Assembly (NCBI GenBank): GCA_041572575.1 | Contig: JBFFSH010000087.1 | Location: 1 to 10,289 of the forward strand | Reading direction: 5' to 3' | Length of the DNA stretch: 10,289 nt | Source of the DNA: Thermodesulfobacteriota bacterium | GTDB taxonomy: Bacteria; Desulfobacterota_D; UBA1144; Nemesobacterales; N074bin48 | Shown: piece by piece, positions 7,811 to 10,289 of the stretch | How the letters are laid out: each line of letters begins with the position of its first letter | Numbering within the stretch: the first letter of the stretch is position 1 | Position numbers and translations under genes: made by a program | Notes under the pieces: model-generated | What the model saw: only the letters and a program-made list of their open reading frames with translations | Told to the model about the DNA's origin: nothing | Databases searched by the model: none

Positions 7811-7925
7811 TCCAAAATTCGGTAACCCTGCCGCCATAGATTATGTTTATGCTTTAGCTACACAGTCATTAGGCCGTTGGCTTTGCGTCCCTCTTTTTCA
7901 AAAGGTTTGCCTTTGTCGTTTAGGA
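7811..7925 (-). ncRNA. c-di-GMP-I (GEMM-I) riboswitch aptamer, third (promoter-distal) copy
   Basis: Minus strand UCCUAAACGACAAAGGCAAACCUUUUGAAAAAGAGGGACGCAAAGCCAACGGCCUAA...UAUGGCGGCAGGGUUACCGAAUUUUGGA shows GGCAAACC, GAAA tetraloop, GGGACGCAAAGC, CCUAA/UAUGG receptor and GGUUACC, as in Vc2. Confidence 0.95.
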
Positions 7926-8046
7926 GCTTTTTGAATATTCTTTTTATATGTTGTTTAATATCACCTCCTTATACAAATATTTTTCATCATCCGCCCCGGG
8001 CAAGTACATGTCCTATGATAAAAAACAGATTGTTAAAGAAAGGAAG

Positions 8047-8096
8047 GAAAATAGAGGAGAGAGAAGATGGTAGAGGGTTCTGTTCTCCTAATTTTC
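8047..8096 (-). terminator. Imperfect terminator-like hairpin of the second riboswitch, overlapping the 3' strand of P1
   Basis: Minus strand GAAAAU-U-AGGAGA...UCUCCU-CU-AUUUUC followed by CUUCCUUUCUUU. Confidence 0.5.
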
Positions 8097-8202
8097 GGTA
8101 ACCCTGCCGCCGTAGACTGTATATATGCCAGTAACTACACAGTCATTAGGCCGTTGGCTTTGCGTCCCACCCTTTCAAATGGTTTGCCTTTATCGTTTAG
8201 GA
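8086..8202 (-). ncRNA. c-di-GMP-I riboswitch aptamer, second copy
   Basis: Minus strand UCCUAAACGAUAAAGGCAAACCAUUUGAAAGGGUGGGACGCAAAGCCAACGGCCUAAUGACUGUGUA...UAUACAGUCUACGGCGGCAGGGUUACCGAAAAUUAGGA; P1 UCCUAA/UUAGGA. Confidence 0.95.
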
Positions 8203-8218
8203 CATTTTATTGTGTGAA

Positions 8219-8258
8219 ACTTAAGATATTAAATTTAACAATTTAAATTATCTTAAGT
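8219..8258. repeat. AT-rich inverted repeat/hairpin in the linker between aptamers 1 and 2
   Basis: ACTTAAGATA (8219-8228) pairs with TATCTTAAGT (8249-8258), with inner TTAAATT/AATTTAA. Confidence 0.6.
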
Positions 8259-8358
8259 AATCATCACCTCCCAAAAAATATATTTCATCAAATATCCTCA
8301 CTTGGGCAAAATACTAGAATTATTTGAAAACAAGAGAAACAAGCCAATAAAGGATATT

Positions 8359-8387
8359 AAAAAGTAGGAATGTAAAAGTACCTACTT
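8359..8387 (-). terminator. Intrinsic terminator of the first riboswitch, overlapping the 3' strand of P1
   Basis: Minus strand AAGUAGG-uacuuuuacauu-CCUACUU-UUU; its UAGG is also the P1 partner of the aptamer's 5' CCUA. Confidence 0.7.
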
Positions 8388-8475
8388 CGGTAACCCTGCC
8401 GCCATAGATTATATAATCTTTAGGCCGTCGGCTTTGCGTCCCATCTTTTCAAATGGTTTGCCATTTCGTTTAGGA
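8381..8475 (-). ncRNA. c-di-GMP-I riboswitch aptamer, first (promoter-proximal) copy
   Basis: Minus strand UCCUAAACGAAAUGGCAAACCAUUUGAAAAGAUGGGACGCAAAGCCGACGGCCUAAAGAUUAUAUAAUCUAUGGCGGCAGGGUUACCGAAGUAGG. Confidence 0.95.
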
Positions 8476-8484
8476 TTTACTTTA

Positions 8485-8513
8485 AGCTTATTACGTTTAT
8501 CAAAAAAAGTCAA
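8485..8513 (-). promoter_or_regulatory. Putative sigma70 promoter driving the riboswitch array
   Basis: TTGACT (8513-8508)-N17-TAAGCT (8490-8485); predicts a start near 8478, a few nt before the first aptamer. Confidence 0.65.
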
Positions 8514-8601
8514 TAGCGATTTTGGTAATTGATACAGTACTAAAAATAAGAAAAAATTTATATAACAATTATCAACTAAATTAGTTTAAATATTGGTATA
8601 T

Positions 8602-8643
8602 AAAAAAGGGCAAGCAACTTAACTGGCATTAAGTAGCTTGCCC
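8602..8643 (-). terminator. Intrinsic terminator
   Basis: Minus strand GGGCAAGC-U-ACUUAA-ugccag-UUAAGU-U-GCUUGCCC-UUUUUU. Confidence 0.85.
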
Positions 8644-8677
8644 AAGGGAGGATGATGAAATAAAGAATTATGTTCTG
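8602..8677 (-). ncRNA. Candidate ~75-nt small RNA with anti-SD seed and intrinsic terminator
   Basis: TATAAT at 8689-8684 (no clear -35), then ...UUCUUUAUUUCAUCAUCCUCCCUU running into a terminator hairpin; no ORF. The 5' end is an estimate. Confidence 0.55.
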
Positions 8678-9000
8678 TTAGATATTATAACTCCAGATTA
8701 ATATATTAAAATAGGACAAAGGTATAAAATATGGTTTATATTTTTGTAACAACCTAGAACTATTGGATAATTATTGTATTGTTGGAATATTGATATAAAT
8801 TCTTGAAATATTTATATATTTTAAATAATATTTAGATATTAAGGCTATGATTTAAGTATATTAGAATCAATAGTTAATGTTAATAATCAACACTAAATAG
8901 CAAACATTATTCTTGGGCAATTTTAGATCTAAGCTTAAAACTAAAGTTAGTTTTAAATGTTCTGTTAATCTTAACTAATTATTAACTAGTGCTATACAAT

Positions 9001-9669
9001 TTATCCGGAGATCTGCTCAATATCACTTACCGAATAATCTGATACTACCAAATCTGCTTCTGTAAGCTTTTTAGCAGGGTATGAATTTGTAACAGCCATA
9101 CACTTCATTCCCGCACTTTTTGCAGCCTGAATACCATAAATTGAATCTTCTATTACAATACATTCATCAGCGCTTATATCATTACCTTTTATATTATTTA
9201 ACCTTGAAAGCACTGTGTTATAAACCTCAGGATTTGGTTTGCAGTTTGATATTTCGTCAGCCGAAATGATTATTTTAAACAAATGAGCAATGTTTATAAC
9301 ATCCAGTATCTGGACTATTTCCTTTTTGAGCGCGCCTGAGCCAATAGCTAAATCATACCTCACAGAAAGCTTCTCAATAAAATCCACTACTCCGGGATAT
9401 ATCTTTATATTATTCTTTATGAGACTATCAAACTCTTCAGATTTGTTCTTCAGAAGTCTCTTAAGCAGTTTCTTATCCAATTTAAGTTCGTTATTTTCAT
9501 AATATTTAGAAAAAAATGTTTTATCGTCATATGCCAGATATTGTGAATAATATTCATTTTCTGTTAGATCTTGTTTTTGATGATTCAATACATTTCGGAA
9601 CACTTCAAAATGAAGATGTTCTGTATCAGCTATAACTCCGTCAAAATCGAAAATCACCGCTTTTATCAT
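9001..9669 (-). CDS. HAD-superfamily hydrolase, subfamily IA (beta-phosphoglucomutase-like phosphatase)
   Basis: 222 aa; motif I FDFDGVIADTE, IYPGV, KPNPEVY, IEDSIYGIQAAKSAGM. Confidence 0.93.
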   Translation of the reverse strand: MIKAVIFDFDGVIADTEHLHFEVFRNVLNHQKQDLTENEYYSQYLAYDDKTFFSKYYENNELKLDKKLLKRLLKNKSEEFDSLIKNNIKIYPGVVDFIEKLSVRYDLAIGSGALKKEIVQILDVINIAHLFKIIISADEISNCKPNPEVYNTVLSRLNNIKGNDISADECIVIEDSIYGIQAAKSAGMKCMAVTNSYPAKKLTEADLVVSDYSVSDIEQISG

Positions 9670-9819
9670 TTTGTATCTCTGTAAATTATGGTTAAACTCA
9701 TTTTTGAAACTTTTTTATGATCTTTTGTATCAAAGTATAGAAATTAATAATATAAATCAATAAGATTAATGTAATTATTATTATATCAATCTATCTTCAC
9801 AATCACAGGAGACCATTTA

Positions 9820-10289
9820 ATGGACAACCTATCAAACGAAATTCTTCATGCTCCATCCTATTCAAAGTTAAATTCAAACAACAGAATCCAGATTTTTATT
9901 GACCCGGAAGGTCCTAACTGGATTAGCACTGACAACAAAGGAGCAAAAATATTAAGCATCATTGACGGGAAAAAAACTTTTGATGAAGTGGTAAGACTTT
10001 ATTCTACAGAACAAAATATCCCATTTGCAAAAGCATGGGTAGATGTTGATGCATTCATTAAAGATAGCGTAAGAGAGAAATTTGTATCATTAACCCCCTA
10101 CTCTAGAGCGCCATATAAAGGAAGATCAGATTATTTGCAGCTTACAGACCTTAGTGAACTATGGATACATACGAATAATTCTTGCAACCTTCAGTGTACC
10201 CACTGCCTGGTTGAATCAGGCCCATCAGGAGATAGGGGACTGGAAACCTCAGTTCTTAAAGACCTCATTGATCAGGCAAAAAAGCTTGG
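9820..10289 (+). CDS. Radical SAM protein with N-terminal PqqD/RRE-like domain; runs off the window at its 3' end
   Basis: Not in the ORF track. SD AGGAG 9807-9811, ATG 9820; MDNLSNEILH...GAKILSIIDGKKTFDEVV...DVDAFIKD...ELWIHTNNSCNLQCTHCLVESGP; CxxxCxxC at 10183-10206. Confidence 0.9.
   Translation, partial: MDNLSNEILHAPSYSKLNSNNRIQIFIDPEGPNWISTDNKGAKILSIIDGKKTFDEVVRLYSTEQNIPFAKAWVDVDAFIKDSVREKFVSLTPYSRAPYKGRSDYLQLTDLSELWIHTNNSCNLQCTHCLVESGPSGDRGLETSVLKDLIDQAKKL

Noticed and set aside
7740..8101. Track ORFs 7740..7934 (+) and 7877..8101 (+)
   Set aside because: They are antisense to riboswitch aptamers, have TTG starts without a clear SD, and show no protein-like features.
7811..8475. Repeats as a CRISPR array or MITE/REP elements
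   Set aside because: Units are about 95-117 nt with ~160-180 nt linkers, have no cas genes or terminal inverted repeats, and are fully explained by the GEMM-I consensus.
7811..8475. 3',3'-cGAMP-sensing (GEMM-Ib) variants
   Set aside because: All three have G at the Vc2 position-20 equivalent (AGGCAAACC or UGGCAAACC); cGAMP-selective variants typically have A.
8912..8920. CTTGGGCAA, another partial match to the sRNA seed
   Set aside because: Only 9 nt, lacks the CATCCTC core, and lies outside the riboswitch transcript; may be chance.
8670..8967. Direct repeat ATGTTCTGTTA at 8670-8680 and 8957-8967
   Set aside because: Two 11-mers in very AT-rich DNA with no flanking similarity or element structure between them.
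8690..9000. Very AT-rich stretch as a hidden gene or replication origin
   Set aside because: No credible ORF, and I saw no DnaA-box cluster or iterons.
2006..9502. Short track ORFs 2006-2212, 3003-3212, 3753-3953, 4691-4957, 4908-5252, 5253-5459, 6551-6838, 6789-7181, 6826-7029, 9290-9502
   Set aside because: Shadow or alternate-frame ORFs overlapping well-supported genes.

Overview
AT-rich bacterial window. Left to right it holds: a partial HTTM (vitamin K-dependent carboxylase-like) membrane protein with a DCC1/DUF393-like tail and a small upstream partner (both minus); a divergent exported alpha/alpha-toroid-type protein; two divergent paralogous secreted Cys/Asp-rich proteins flanking a GMC oxidoreductase and its Tat-exported gluconate 2-dehydrogenase subunit 3-like partner; a ~1.3 kb non-coding region; a HAD hydrolase; and a partial PqqD/RRE-radical SAM protein. 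The non-coding region is the most notable part. It carries three tandem c-di-GMP-I (GEMM-I) riboswitch aptamers on the minus strand behind a sigma70-like promoter, leading into an unannotated 28-aa hydrophobic ORF. Just upstream is a candidate small RNA with an anti-SD seed (UUUCAUCAUCCUCCCUUGGGCAAG) and its own terminator. That seed is complementary to sites in both inter-aptamer linkers and, more weakly, to the RBSs of both Cys-rich genes. This suggests, by inference only, a c-di-GMP-gated sRNA sponge or sRNA-riboswitch circuit. All calls are by eye; no searches or folding programs were run.
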